DNA of 64,000 bases from a plasmid: sequence record NZ_CP024444.1. One strand, written 5' to 3'. Positions within the stretch are counted from its first letter, which is position 1. The number at the start of each line of letters is the position of its first letter. Positions 47,331 to 56,894 of the stretch are shown here, piece after piece. Under the pieces are notes generated by a model, which saw nothing but the letters and a program-made list of their open reading frames with translations, was not told where the DNA came from and made no database searches. The position numbers and the translations under genes were made by a program.

Positions 47331-47660
47331 ATGAATAATAATCAACTTATGGATGATGATAATTTAGATGACGAATTCTTGCCATCCCCGTTATACGATA
47401 GTATGAAAACCCATCAAAGCTTTGAACACCTATTGGATAATGCCAAGTCGGTATTAAATACTCGTGCAGACTTTCCATTTTCTAGTATGCATAAACAAAC
47501 ATTAAAAAAATTGGAAAAAGTTGATAAAGCCTTTTTAAAACAAGTGACATTAGCTTTATCAACAGATGATGTAAAAAAGGATCAGTTATTAGCCAGTAAA
47601 CTAGAACAGATTACCCAATATCTGTTAGAAAGATTTGACTTCCTCCCCTCCCTAAAGTGA
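47331..47660 (+). CDS. hypothetical small protein whose 3' end is formed by IS200/605 terminal sequence
   Basis: Start trimmed to MNNNQLMDDD.. (ATG 47331). The last codons (..FLPSLK*) are encoded by the right-end hairpin of the TnpB element. Confidence 0.35.
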   Translation: MNNNQLMDDDNLDDEFLPSPLYDSMKTHQSFEHLLDNAKSVLNTRADFPFSSMHKQTLKKLEKVDKAFLKQVTLALSTDDVKKDQLLASKLEQITQYLLERFDFLPSLK

Positions 47661-48870
47661 GGGGATTCCTTCTACAAGACGGTCAAGCCCGACCGCAAGA
47701 ATGTTCTTAGCAGCATTGATATCTCTATCATGCCATGTGCCACACGTTGCACAAGTCCATTCTCTTATCCCAAGCGATTTTCTACCTTTCGGACTGTTGT
47801 CGGTAATATCACCGCAACACGAACATCGTTGGGTCGTGTATTTTTCATTCACGATTTCAAAACGGCAACCTGCGTTCTCGCATTTGTAGGTCAGTTGTCG
47901 TTTCATTTCAAACCAACCTGCATCGTAAACCGATTTAGCCAGTTTGCCTTTTTTACTATTAAATTGATTACTCTGAATATCACCGACCACGATTAGGGCA
48001 TTGTCCTTGACTAATTGGGTGGTAAATTTATGGATTAAGTCTTGGCGTGTGTTTTTGATTTTGGCATGGATCGCTTTGACACGCTGTTTGTTTTTGGCAC
48101 GTTGGGCGGTGGCTAAATCTTTGGCATATTTGAGCGTTTGTTTGATTTGTAATTTATTGCCATTTGAGGCGGTGGCACTGTCTTTTAAGCCTAAGTCAAT
48201 GCCTACGCTACCCGTTCCGCATTGTGTCTTGGGGTATTCTTTGACGGTAATACAGGCATACCAACGGTTACGGCTGTCTTGCACGATTTCTAGTGTGTTG
48301 ATTTGATACAGCGATAGATTGTAGCTGTCCCATAGGTCGATGGTTAGCTTTTGCCCTTTGGCTAGACTTAGTTGCAGAGTTGATTTTAAGCCCTTTTTGC
48401 CTGTTTGGTGGGTGGCAATATGCTTAATAGCCGATTGTTTAAATGGTAGCCAACCAAGCGATTTACGCTTAGAATTTGGGTTGTTGGTTCGCCAGTTAAG
48501 TTTGGATTTTTTGAATTGTTTACGGCTTTTGGCGTGGGTTTCGCTGATAGCTTGAATAGTTTGTGAGTGCAAGCCCAGTAACTCACCGCTACCTTTGGTG
48601 TAGTCGTTTAGGTCATAAGCACTAAAGAATTTGCCAGTTTTTTGTAGGTGTCTGTAACTCAAATCATTGACATAATTCCACACGAAATTGACCGAACCGC
48701 TTAGGCGGTTTAGTTGGTCTGTGTGTTTATCTCGTATGCGTAGCTTGAGTGTTTTCATCGGAATTAGTGTGGCAAGTTATGTTTGAGGTTTCAAGGTGCT
48801 AGGTTGGCTATACGTCATTATGCGTCGTGTTGTTTGCCTTATATCCACCGCCTAAATGCGGTGGTTTTAC
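47640..48870. mobile_element. IS200/IS605-family TnpB-only element (IS1341-like)
   Basis: Sub-terminal hairpins CCCCTC-CCTAAAGT-GAGGGG (47645-47664, RE side, 3' of tnpB) and CCACCGC-CTAAAT-GCGGTGG (48845-48864, LE side). No tnpA present. Confidence 0.7.
47652..48758 (-). CDS. tnpB: TnpB (IS605 OrfB-family RNA-guided nuclease)
   Basis: 368 aa; RuvC-I ..GIDLGLKD.., zinc finger C-x2-C..C-x2-C (..CSCCGDIT..CATCG..) and RuvC-III ..HDRDINAAKNI... Confidence 0.85.
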   Translation of the reverse strand: MKTLKLRIRDKHTDQLNRLSGSVNFVWNYVNDLSYRHLQKTGKFFSAYDLNDYTKGSGELLGLHSQTIQAISETHAKSRKQFKKSKLNWRTNNPNSKRKSLGWLPFKQSAIKHIATHQTGKKGLKSTLQLSLAKGQKLTIDLWDSYNLSLYQINTLEIVQDSRNRWYACITVKEYPKTQCGTGSVGIDLGLKDSATASNGNKLQIKQTLKYAKDLATAQRAKNKQRVKAIHAKIKNTRQDLIHKFTTQLVKDNALIVVGDIQSNQFNSKKGKLAKSVYDAGWFEMKRQLTYKCENAGCRFEIVNEKYTTQRCSCCGDITDNSPKGRKSLGIREWTCATCGTWHDRDINAAKNILAVGLDRLVEGIPSL

Positions 48871-49402
48871 GGCAAGGGGTGATAAAAACGCTTTACTAAA
48901 TACCGAGCTTAAGCATATTACCAGCTACCCACACTTAGGTTACCATCTATTTTTGTTAAAAGATCAACACCTAGTTGCTTATTACGAAGACACAGCTTTG
49001 ATTTCTACCTGTCAGATTTACGTTGATGATGCAGATTTGGGCACTTGGATGTATGTGAATTATTTGCTTGAAAAAATTATCTATTTTGACGTATATAGAA
49101 CCAGCCTTGATAAGCTTACAGTAGGTAGCGTCCTTATTAATCAACCCAAAGATAAAGCATATTCGTTACAAGCATTTAAAGTGGTAGCCAAAAACACCAT
49201 ACCACTGACAGATACTTATGCTATGCTGAACAATACAGTTCTGACACTCGCGCCCATTATGCGTTTAAACAATGCAATAGACCCAAATAAAGTTATTGGT
49301 TGGAATGTATTAGCACTTCCAGGTTATGATAATGATAAGGGTCAGTTGTCCGTTACCATCCCGGCACTAGAGCATGAAGTTGGCACTTTTTACATTAAAT
49401 AA
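48827..49402 (+). CDS. hypothetical protein, 5' end possibly disrupted by the TnpB element
   Basis: The predicted start lies inside the IS left-end hairpin region, so the true N-terminus is uncertain. Confidence 0.3.
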   Translation: MLFALYPPPKCGGFTARGDKNALLNTELKHITSYPHLGYHLFLLKDQHLVAYYEDTALISTCQIYVDDADLGTWMYVNYLLEKIIYFDVYRTSLDKLTVGSVLINQPKDKAYSLQAFKVVAKNTIPLTDTYAMLNNTVLTLAPIMRLNNAIDPNKVIGWNVLALPGYDNDKGQLSVTIPALEHEVGTFYIK

Positions 49403-49549
49403 TTCGTAGGTTTAAAACGCTTTAGTTTTACCTATCGCTTTAGCAAGGGGAGGATTTCGAGTTGAATAATAGATTTGATATATTATTTGTTATCTTTGAT
49501 AGGCTCTGATATATTACGTTCAAATTAACTTATTTTATAGATAATACAC

Positions 49550-49969
49550 ATGTTTGAACTTGAAATGATTGGAAAACGGCTTGAAAATGAGCGAAAACGG
49601 CTGGGAATGAAGGCGGTTGAGGTTTACAAAAGCCTTGATATTGCTCAAACCACTTATAAAAGTTATGAAACTGGCAAACGCAATATTCCTGCCAGCTTAC
49701 TTACAAAACTATGGGATATAGGTTTTGATATATTGTATATTGTAACAGGAGTATACACCGAATCAGCGAACAGTAATCAGGTAATCAGGCAAAATCGGTT
49801 AGTAAATTTACCGGATAATACTGACACGCATGTCTTGTCAGACAGTCTATTAATATATATGCACCAGGCAGAAGAAGCACTGATTCAAGCTGGTGCAGAA
49901 GCCGCCAAACACTATAGTTATAAGGATTTGTTAATAGCTGCAAGTGTTATACAACAGAAAAAGGGCTAA
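49550..49969 (+). CDS. XRE-family helix-turn-helix regulator
   Basis: 139 aa; Cro/C1-type HTH (..GMKAVEVYKSLDIAQTTYKSYETGKRNIPASLLTKL..). Confidence 0.65.
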   Translation: MFELEMIGKRLENERKRLGMKAVEVYKSLDIAQTTYKSYETGKRNIPASLLTKLWDIGFDILYIVTGVYTESANSNQVIRQNRLVNLPDNTDTHVLSDSLLIYMHQAEEALIQAGAEAAKHYSYKDLLIAASVIQQKKG

Positions 49970-50288
49970 AACTTTATTGTTATTAATAAAGCTTAAGGAT
50001 GTTAAAAATAATGAAACAAAAAAATTAATGTCAGTGCAATTATTGTTGCCTAGATTTAATGATGGCAACTCTGGAGTGGGAACCATGCTCTTTAGGGCAT
50101 GGAGGAAACGTCATGTTGTTTAATTTTTCTATCTAGCTATTCATCATAATTATAGTGAAACCCTGATAATTAAGACTTTCCTGCAATTCTTGATTAATCA
50201 GTGATTTAAACGACAAAAAAATGTACTAAAACTACAAAATTTTGTTAAAATTGATAAAAGTTTACTAACTGACTTGGTAAACATTAAG

Positions 50289-50298
50289 TTATAGCGAA
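50289..50298 (+). promoter_or_regulatory. island motif variant (TTATAGCGAA)
   Basis: 18 nt upstream of ATG 50317. Confidence 0.4.
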
Positions 50299-50316
50299 TA
50301 AAATACAGGTACCAAA

Positions 50317-50658
50317 ATGAAACTAGCTCGCTCTAGTATTGGTATTACACCAACCAATGTCCAAAAGTACGTCACAAATCCGCTGCTATGCTTGGTGGGT
50401 TTCAACTTGCTTTTTCTTATTGTTTTTTCTTTGTCTATAACGTCAGCGTCTAATTCAAAAGCTTTACAAATCAATCCATACATTCTAAGTGTCGTGGTTT
50501 TCAATCAGCTCGTCTTGTGTTTTGCACTTGTCATGGTCAATTTTTACGAGAAAGCGTTGATTACCACCAGTGCCATTACCTTTACGGTGTTGCTTACGGC
50601 TATTTTTTTACTGGCCAACGTAGGATTTATGATTTCGCTATTTATCCAGCTTAGTTAA
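50317..50658 (+). CDS. small polytopic membrane protein
   Basis: 113 aa, 3-4 TM; island motif (TTATAGCGAA) 18 nt upstream of the ATG. Confidence 0.4.
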   Translation: MKLARSSIGITPTNVQKYVTNPLLCLVGFNLLFLIVFSLSITSASNSKALQINPYILSVVVFNQLVLCFALVMVNFYEKALITTSAITFTVLLTAIFLLANVGFMISLFIQLS

Positions 50659-50951
50659 GCAATTAACTAGGCTGGTTTGCATGCGACTGGAAAAGTATTT
50701 TTTGAGCTAGATGCTAAACCCTTTTGATACCATCGCTCGGTTAGGGTGGTGTTAAAAAAGGTATTGGATATGCCGATACTTTTTAAATAACCAATAGGTT
50801 ATCACTTTTTGTTTTTTATTCGCACCATGACTTAATGTTGCATTTTAATCTTGGCAATAGCATTTGATGGCTAGTTAAAAATGCTATTAATTAACAAATC
50901 AAAGTCTGTCGGCTTACCTTACGCCACAACTTTAAAACTAGGGTTTACATT

Positions 50952-51962
50952 ATGGCAAAAGCACTTGTAACAAAAGCACCAAAGCACACAGCAGGCGCAT
51001 CTACAGGCTCACCCAAGATTGTGTTGTTATTATCAATTCTTGCGACAGTCTTCTTTATTCTCACCTTGCTACTATCGTTCATGCTGTTTAAAAACGGTCC
51101 TGTGCCACAAGACCAAGTTAAAGCAAAAGTAGCTACGTTTGGCGAGGTGGTCAGTAGCGAGCCGCTGGGGGACACGGGCATGACCGCTTGGGTGTTAAAA
51201 CCAAAAGGCACCAATCAAAATGCTATTTTTTATAGCACCAAAGACGGTAAAGCTTTCATCGATGGTACCATCTTCAACATTGCTGACGGCAAAGACCTAA
51301 CCACGCCATTACTGGCAAAAAATAACATCGCGCCAGCAACCGCACCAAACACCGACCCCCAAACTGTCACCGCAACACCTGTTTCAGCTACAGGTCACCC
51401 AACCCCGGAACAAGTAGTGGCACAAAGCACTGAAGGCGAGCCTCTTGGCGAATTTAAAGGTACGGTACCTGAAGTAATCAAAGTGTTGGATAGCATGCCG
51501 GGCTACAAAGAAGATAAGTCCATGAAGCCTGAAGATACTGTGTATGTCGTTTACGATCCACGTTGCCCGTATTGCCATAAGTTATATGAAATGACGCGCA
51601 ATGTTGACTTCAAAGGTAAAAATATCACCATCAAGTGGCTACCAAGCGTTGCGCTCGGTCAAAGCAACGGCAAAGATGAAATTGCGCGTCAAGCCGCATT
51701 TGCCTTTGAAGCGAAAGATGGTGCGGATTTTGGCCGTACTTTTAGCCAAGAAAAACCTTTAGCCGCTAAATTTGGTGACCAAGAAACCCAAGCATTGGGC
51801 TTAAATCTATCATTGCTATATGAAGCAGCGGATAAAACCTATGGCAAGGATGCGCCTAAAGCGGTACCAGCAGTGTTTTACTTAAACAAGAAAAACGGAT
51901 TGCCAAAAATGATTTATGGTTCAACTGATCCGGCAGTCTTTAAAATCATCTTTGGTAGCTAA
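50952..51962 (+). CDS. membrane-anchored DsbC/DsbG-like thiol:disulfide interchange protein (TrbB-like)
   Basis: N-terminal TM anchor, long linker, and a thioredoxin fold with C-P-Y-C (..VVYDPRCPYCHKLYE..). Confidence 0.65.
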   Translation: MAKALVTKAPKHTAGASTGSPKIVLLLSILATVFFILTLLLSFMLFKNGPVPQDQVKAKVATFGEVVSSEPLGDTGMTAWVLKPKGTNQNAIFYSTKDGKAFIDGTIFNIADGKDLTTPLLAKNNIAPATAPNTDPQTVTATPVSATGHPTPEQVVAQSTEGEPLGEFKGTVPEVIKVLDSMPGYKEDKSMKPEDTVYVVYDPRCPYCHKLYEMTRNVDFKGKNITIKWLPSVALGQSNGKDEIARQAAFAFEAKDGADFGRTFSQEKPLAAKFGDQETQALGLNLSLLYEAADKTYGKDAPKAVPAVFYLNKKNGLPKMIYGSTDPAVFKIIFGS

Positions 51963-52958
51963 GTGAGGGATAGTATGTTCGGGTTCTTTAAAAAATCAAA
52001 AAATGCATTAATGGTCCAACCGCAAATCGTTGTACGCCACTTAACCAATGAAGCTGTCACCCAGCTTGTGATGTATCTTGATTCGGGTGTTGAAGACTTA
52101 AACCGTGTTAATCAGCGTTACACCACCAATTTTGATAGCCAAGGTAATACCGCTACCAGTTTAACGGTATTGGGGTTTGATACGCTAACCCAGTTCAAAG
52201 ACACTCAAAGCTTGGTATTTGAAGGCGATTTCGTTGATATCGAGCGCAGTGTTGACACCAATGCTGATAGCATCGAAATACATATCATCAAAAACTTGAT
52301 GCATGAAAGCGGTCAAGAAATCACCGAAAAACAAGCCCGTTTTTTACATGCATCGGCAATCGCTGAAAATAAAGCACTGGTGCATGGCACGATTTGTCTT
52401 ACCATTACATCAAATGGTGAGCGTATTTCACAGGTAATTGCCAAACCAATTTACTGGATTGATGGCTTGGTGCAAGAAGACACCATTGTTTTCCCTGAAC
52501 CTAGCGACATTCAATCGTATGTTAAGCAGTCATGGCTAGATACCTTCAATGATGCCTTGTACGAAGATATCAATACCGCCCAAACTGCCATGCCAAGCGT
52601 TGCTAGTAAGGCTGCACCAGCCTTTATGCACAAACTGCCACGTCGTTCAGCCAATGACGATAGCAATCGCGCCAGCAATGTAACCAAAGGGGTGGTATTA
52701 GCCGCTGGCTTGATGGGTGCAATTGGTGTTGCTGCATGGGTCAACCCACATCATAAAACAGAACAAACTCAAGACAATTTTGGTATGGGCGCAGGCTTAA
52801 TCGCAGACAATAGCAATACTCGTGAGCTCACGCCAGCTGCCTTAGGTAGCCAACAACAAGATGCAACAGCCGCCATCCTAAAACAGATGGGGGTCGACGT
52901 GAATAAAGCAACGGATTTAGGTTGCTTATCAGCGGATAAACCCAGCACGGCTAACTAA
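51963..52958 (+). CDS. hypothetical protein with C-terminal TM segment
   Basis: 331 aa; hydrophobic helix ..GVVLAAGLMGAIGVAAWV.. near the C-terminus. Confidence 0.4.
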   Translation: MRDSMFGFFKKSKNALMVQPQIVVRHLTNEAVTQLVMYLDSGVEDLNRVNQRYTTNFDSQGNTATSLTVLGFDTLTQFKDTQSLVFEGDFVDIERSVDTNADSIEIHIIKNLMHESGQEITEKQARFLHASAIAENKALVHGTICLTITSNGERISQVIAKPIYWIDGLVQEDTIVFPEPSDIQSYVKQSWLDTFNDALYEDINTAQTAMPSVASKAAPAFMHKLPRRSANDDSNRASNVTKGVVLAAGLMGAIGVAAWVNPHHKTEQTQDNFGMGAGLIADNSNTRELTPAALGSQQQDATAAILKQMGVDVNKATDLGCLSADKPSTAN

Positions 52959-52971
52959 CAAGGATTGATAA

Positions 52972-53571
52972 ATGATTTACGATCAGTTCGATGAAGACGA
53001 TGAAGAGTTAGATGCCGATCATGTCTTACAGCTGCAAGCGCAAGAGCAAAGTTTCAATGAGGCGCATGCCTTTGCTGGCTATTTTCGTTTTTATAATTGG
53101 TTAACGTGGTTAAACCGTGACCACAGTGTCCAATTAAGCCGTTCTGCGTCATTGACGTTGACTAAGGAGGCACTACGCATGATGCATATTGGTTTTACTG
53201 ATTACCAAAATTCCAATGTGCCAAAAGGGGTGTTCTTTGAGTTTCAGCCCTATCATTATGCCTTTTTAAAATCGGTTGGCTTAAATGGCGCGTGGCTTGA
53301 AGACCGTGGGGTAACGTTGGTTTTTAATTCCGTCAAATACGGTGATTTCTTGCTTAGAATGATCCGTATTTATATCCCCATCGTTAACAAACAGGTCCTA
53401 GAGCTTATCCGTCAGGCTAAATACGTCACCTTAGCTGAAATTCAAATGGATGAAGATGATAGTATGGTGCTCGATGTCACTGAAGTATTAAGTCCGCCAG
53501 TGCCATTACTACAACAACCACCAAAATCCTCCAAAAAGAACAGCAAAAAACGCTGGTCGCGTGCTATGTAG
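52972..53571 (+). CDS. hypothetical acidic protein
   Basis: 199 aa; D/E-rich N- and C-termini, basic tail. Confidence 0.4.
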   Translation: MIYDQFDEDDEELDADHVLQLQAQEQSFNEAHAFAGYFRFYNWLTWLNRDHSVQLSRSASLTLTKEALRMMHIGFTDYQNSNVPKGVFFEFQPYHYAFLKSVGLNGAWLEDRGVTLVFNSVKYGDFLLRMIRIYIPIVNKQVLELIRQAKYVTLAEIQMDEDDSMVLDVTEVLSPPVPLLQQPPKSSKKNSKKRWSRAM

Positions 53572-54539
53572 TGAGTTTAGGAAATCAAATGATGAATTAC
53601 GACGATCACACTAACATCAACCAGCCGTTGCCAGCTGATTTACTGACAAGCGTTTTGCTTGAAGCCATTGACTATCAGCTAAAAAATCCGCAGTTTAGCC
53701 AAGATGCCGACCTTTATACCTACAACAATGCATTGCATTTATTGGCAAGCTGCCGTCAAAAGCTCACTTCAATGTTATTTTTGGGTAGTGCGGATAGCTA
53801 TTTTCATCAAGCATCGGGTGCTGATATCAGTAACTTTCGCTATCCTGAAAAACCCATGCTGTTTGTTCAGTCGATGGCAATTGACCCACAAAAAACCCTA
53901 TCGGTTAGAGTGCATCTTGAAAATACTGCCCGTATTGAAAACGGTCAGATGATAACTGATTACAAACAAAAGACCCTATCGATGGTGGCTAAAAACTATA
54001 TCGTTTTAGCCTTGCCTATCAAAAAAGACATGTTCAAAAAGGTTGCTGTCCCTGTCATCGGCTCATATAACCATATCATGGCGACATCACTCGATAAGCG
54101 TGAAGGCGTCCTGTTACTACCGTTTGAACAGGTGACCTGGGTAAGCTTGCCACAATTAGGCACGGTGACTAAAGAATTTGCCTATTGCAATAACCCATTA
54201 CATAGCTGTTTTTATCATTTGTTAGAACCAGCCTGCGTGACGGGTTTTGCGGTGGATGCAAAAGCTAAAAATATGATGGCGTTTGTCAGTCAGCCTAAAT
54301 TGCTAAATATTGCCCTAAAAGACATGCCAGCCCTAACCGAAACGCATGCGCTTAGTGTACAAAATCATAATGGTGAGTATGACTCAAGCTCGGATATTCA
54401 CCTTGCACTGCAACTATTCAAAGAACGCTATCAAGTTCCGGTGAGTGAAGATGCGCTTGAGAAATTACAACAATTTGACCAACAAGTGGCAGGACTTGAC
54501 GTAAACACGCCTGCGTTTAATCTCACAATTGACCAGTAA
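53571..54539 (+). CDS. hypothetical protein
   Basis: 322 aa; start overlaps the upstream stop (ATGTAGTG..), so it is likely co-translated. Confidence 0.4.
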   Translation: MSLGNQMMNYDDHTNINQPLPADLLTSVLLEAIDYQLKNPQFSQDADLYTYNNALHLLASCRQKLTSMLFLGSADSYFHQASGADISNFRYPEKPMLFVQSMAIDPQKTLSVRVHLENTARIENGQMITDYKQKTLSMVAKNYIVLALPIKKDMFKKVAVPVIGSYNHIMATSLDKREGVLLLPFEQVTWVSLPQLGTVTKEFAYCNNPLHSCFYHLLEPACVTGFAVDAKAKNMMAFVSQPKLLNIALKDMPALTETHALSVQNHNGEYDSSSDIHLALQLFKERYQVPVSEDALEKLQQFDQQVAGLDVNTPAFNLTIDQ

Positions 54540-54703
54540 TCAGTCTTTGTTAAATTGCGATTGTATCACCCCTTAAAAGCCATTTGATTTACTATATTTT
54601 TGTGGCAACCCTAAAAATATACGCTATAATTAAACCGATTGTTTTTAAGGGTGATTAAACAAACCCTTTACTCATAGTGTACCCATTTTAAGCACTATTT
54701 TAA

Positions 54704-54714
54704 TTCTTAGCGAA
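54704..54714 (+). promoter_or_regulatory. island motif variant (TTCTTAGCGAA)
   Basis: 12 nt upstream of GTG 54727. Confidence 0.45.
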
Positions 54715-54726
54715 CTAGAGGTCGTT

Positions 54727-56850
54727 GTGACTTACCCAACAAAAAAATCACTGAAGGTGGAACCAAAACCCTTATATGTTGCTATCAGACTGTCTGTGTT
54801 GACAGCACTTGCAATGTTAGGCTCTACCCAGCTTGTATCAGCAAGCGGTACCTCTACTACCACCAAACAAACTACCCAACAAGCCCAAGCAACCGCAAAA
54901 CAAGCCCAACAATCAGCCGCATCCGCACCAGCCTCCACGAAGGGTGGCTTATCGTCAAATTTAAGCGGTATGACGGATGACCAAGTCAAATCCTTTTACC
55001 AAAAAACTGGCGTGTTGCCCGGCACCGCTATTATGCCGTGGCCGTCTAACCTTACCACGGTCACAACCCGTTATGGGGGATTTCGTTGGCGTGGAGGCGC
55101 ACCAGGTTTTCATGGTGGCTTGGATATTGTTGGGGGTTCGCCTCAATTAAAAATAACGGATAACAATTCCTTCGTATTAAATAGCGGTGTGATTGGTGGG
55201 GGTGGTGGTAACACGGTCACCATCCAACGTAAACATGGCGATTGGTACACGTACATGCATTTGCGTAACCCGTCACCACTTAGAAACGGTCAGCCTGTTA
55301 GTTTAGGGCAATTGGCTGGTATTGAAGGGATGTCCGGTGGCACCAGTTCGGGTGTGCACTTGCACTTAGGTTATGGTATTTCAAACCCTGCTGAAGCGTC
55401 ACGTCGACGCAATTACTGGCTTGGTGTCTCACCGTCAAAGAGTTTATTTGCCCCATCTAAATTTATCCGTCAAGGTGAAGGGGGTAAATTAACCACTGAT
55501 CCAACGCCTTATTATAATTCTGACTTACCTATCAGCGAGAAGTCTATTCAATATTATAACTGGCTCGGTGGTTCAATCAGACAGCAATTTAATACCCTGT
55601 ATGGCGCAAACCTACCCGTAAATCAAAGTTACGCTAGACCCATTACGCGCACCATACCAGCCTTAGGTGTGTTTAATACCAATTATGAGTGGACGCCTGA
55701 AAAATTGGCTGCTGCTCGCGCATCTATTGTTGAAGGCGGTGTGATCGGTGACATGACGGGGTATTCAGGTGCGTTTAACCAAGGGGGTATGTCATACCAA
55801 GTTCTAGCAAGCTTTATTTCATCATCCGACGGTCTTGACTTTGGTACCTTACCGCAACCAGCCCTGCCACCCGATATCGAACACATGAGCGTCAATCAAA
55901 TTGTTGACCAAATAGACTCACAGCGATATGGGAATGTGGAATGGGAAAAAGCAGCCATGAAGTTATCTTCAAAAGGGATGCTGAATGAATACCTATTCAT
56001 GACTGCCACAGAAAACTTTATACGTCATAAAAACAAAGAATTAAAGAAACGGGTGAATGGTTTGATAGCTGCCTTTACGTCAGCAAAACTGTATGAGTAC
56101 AACAAAAAGATTGAAGCCATAAAAGTCATGGCGGATGCCGAAGTGGTTCCTGGCATCATCGATCTGCAGCTTTCAGATTTGGGGTATGATGGTAGTATTG
56201 AAAGTGGCGATGCTTCACAGGCTGGTTCAGCTATTGATATCAACTCATTACCAAATGATATTAAGGCATTAACCCAAGCCCTGCTTGATACCATTTCGCA
56301 AGGTGAGTCATCGGCAGGACCAAAAGGCTATAACGCCTATAATTCAGGTTCTAGTAAAGGCTCGTGCTCTAAGCCAGCTGGTGGTATGTATAATTTCTCA
56401 ACCATGACCTTAAGAGAAATAGCCAATCTTAGATACGCTGGTGGTTGTAAAGGTATTTTTGCGGCTGGTAAATACCAAATTATCCCTGATACACGCCTAG
56501 GACGTATTCAAGCTGGTGTTGTTGGCTGGAATACCCTGTATACGCCTGAAGCGCAAGAAAAAATGGCAATGTCACTACTTATGGCACGTATTGGTAAATT
56601 TGTTAAATACGGCACAGGTAGCGTTTCAGATGCCCAGTACAACCTTTCAAAAGAATGGGCATCAATTGCAATACCGCCTAGTTACAAATCAAGATATGGA
56701 CGTTATATCGGACCTGCGAGCTGCCCTAACGGTAAAAAAGGTGTGTCTTTTTATCAGGGTAATGGTAATAATGCTGCGTTCTGTACCATGACCAATAATT
56801 TGACAGCTATTTTGACAAAAATTAAACAAGTACATTCGGGCGGTCAATGA
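54727..56850 (+). CDS. secreted bifunctional peptidoglycan hydrolase: M23 peptidase domain + GH23 (lytic transglycosylase/lysozyme)-like domain
   Basis: Signal peptide. M23 motifs ..HGGLDIVG.. (HxxxD) and ..GVHLHLGYG.. (HxH). C-terminal ..ISQGESS..GYNAYNSG..GKYQIIPDT.. resembles the SLT E-S / AYN / G-x-x-Q motifs. GTG start, preceded by the island motif. Confidence 0.55.
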   Translation: MTYPTKKSLKVEPKPLYVAIRLSVLTALAMLGSTQLVSASGTSTTTKQTTQQAQATAKQAQQSAASAPASTKGGLSSNLSGMTDDQVKSFYQKTGVLPGTAIMPWPSNLTTVTTRYGGFRWRGGAPGFHGGLDIVGGSPQLKITDNNSFVLNSGVIGGGGGNTVTIQRKHGDWYTYMHLRNPSPLRNGQPVSLGQLAGIEGMSGGTSSGVHLHLGYGISNPAEASRRRNYWLGVSPSKSLFAPSKFIRQGEGGKLTTDPTPYYNSDLPISEKSIQYYNWLGGSIRQQFNTLYGANLPVNQSYARPITRTIPALGVFNTNYEWTPEKLAAARASIVEGGVIGDMTGYSGAFNQGGMSYQVLASFISSSDGLDFGTLPQPALPPDIEHMSVNQIVDQIDSQRYGNVEWEKAAMKLSSKGMLNEYLFMTATENFIRHKNKELKKRVNGLIAAFTSAKLYEYNKKIEAIKVMADAEVVPGIIDLQLSDLGYDGSIESGDASQAGSAIDINSLPNDIKALTQALLDTISQGESSAGPKGYNAYNSGSSKGSCSKPAGGMYNFSTMTLREIANLRYAGGCKGIFAAGKYQIIPDTRLGRIQAGVVGWNTLYTPEAQEKMAMSLLMARIGKFVKYGTGSVSDAQYNLSKEWASIAIPPSYKSRYGRYIGPASCPNGKKGVSFYQGNGNNAAFCTMTNNLTAILTKIKQVHSGGQ

Positions 56851-56894
56851 TAATACCGATATCACTAAACCAAACATTTATATAGGAATAACTA

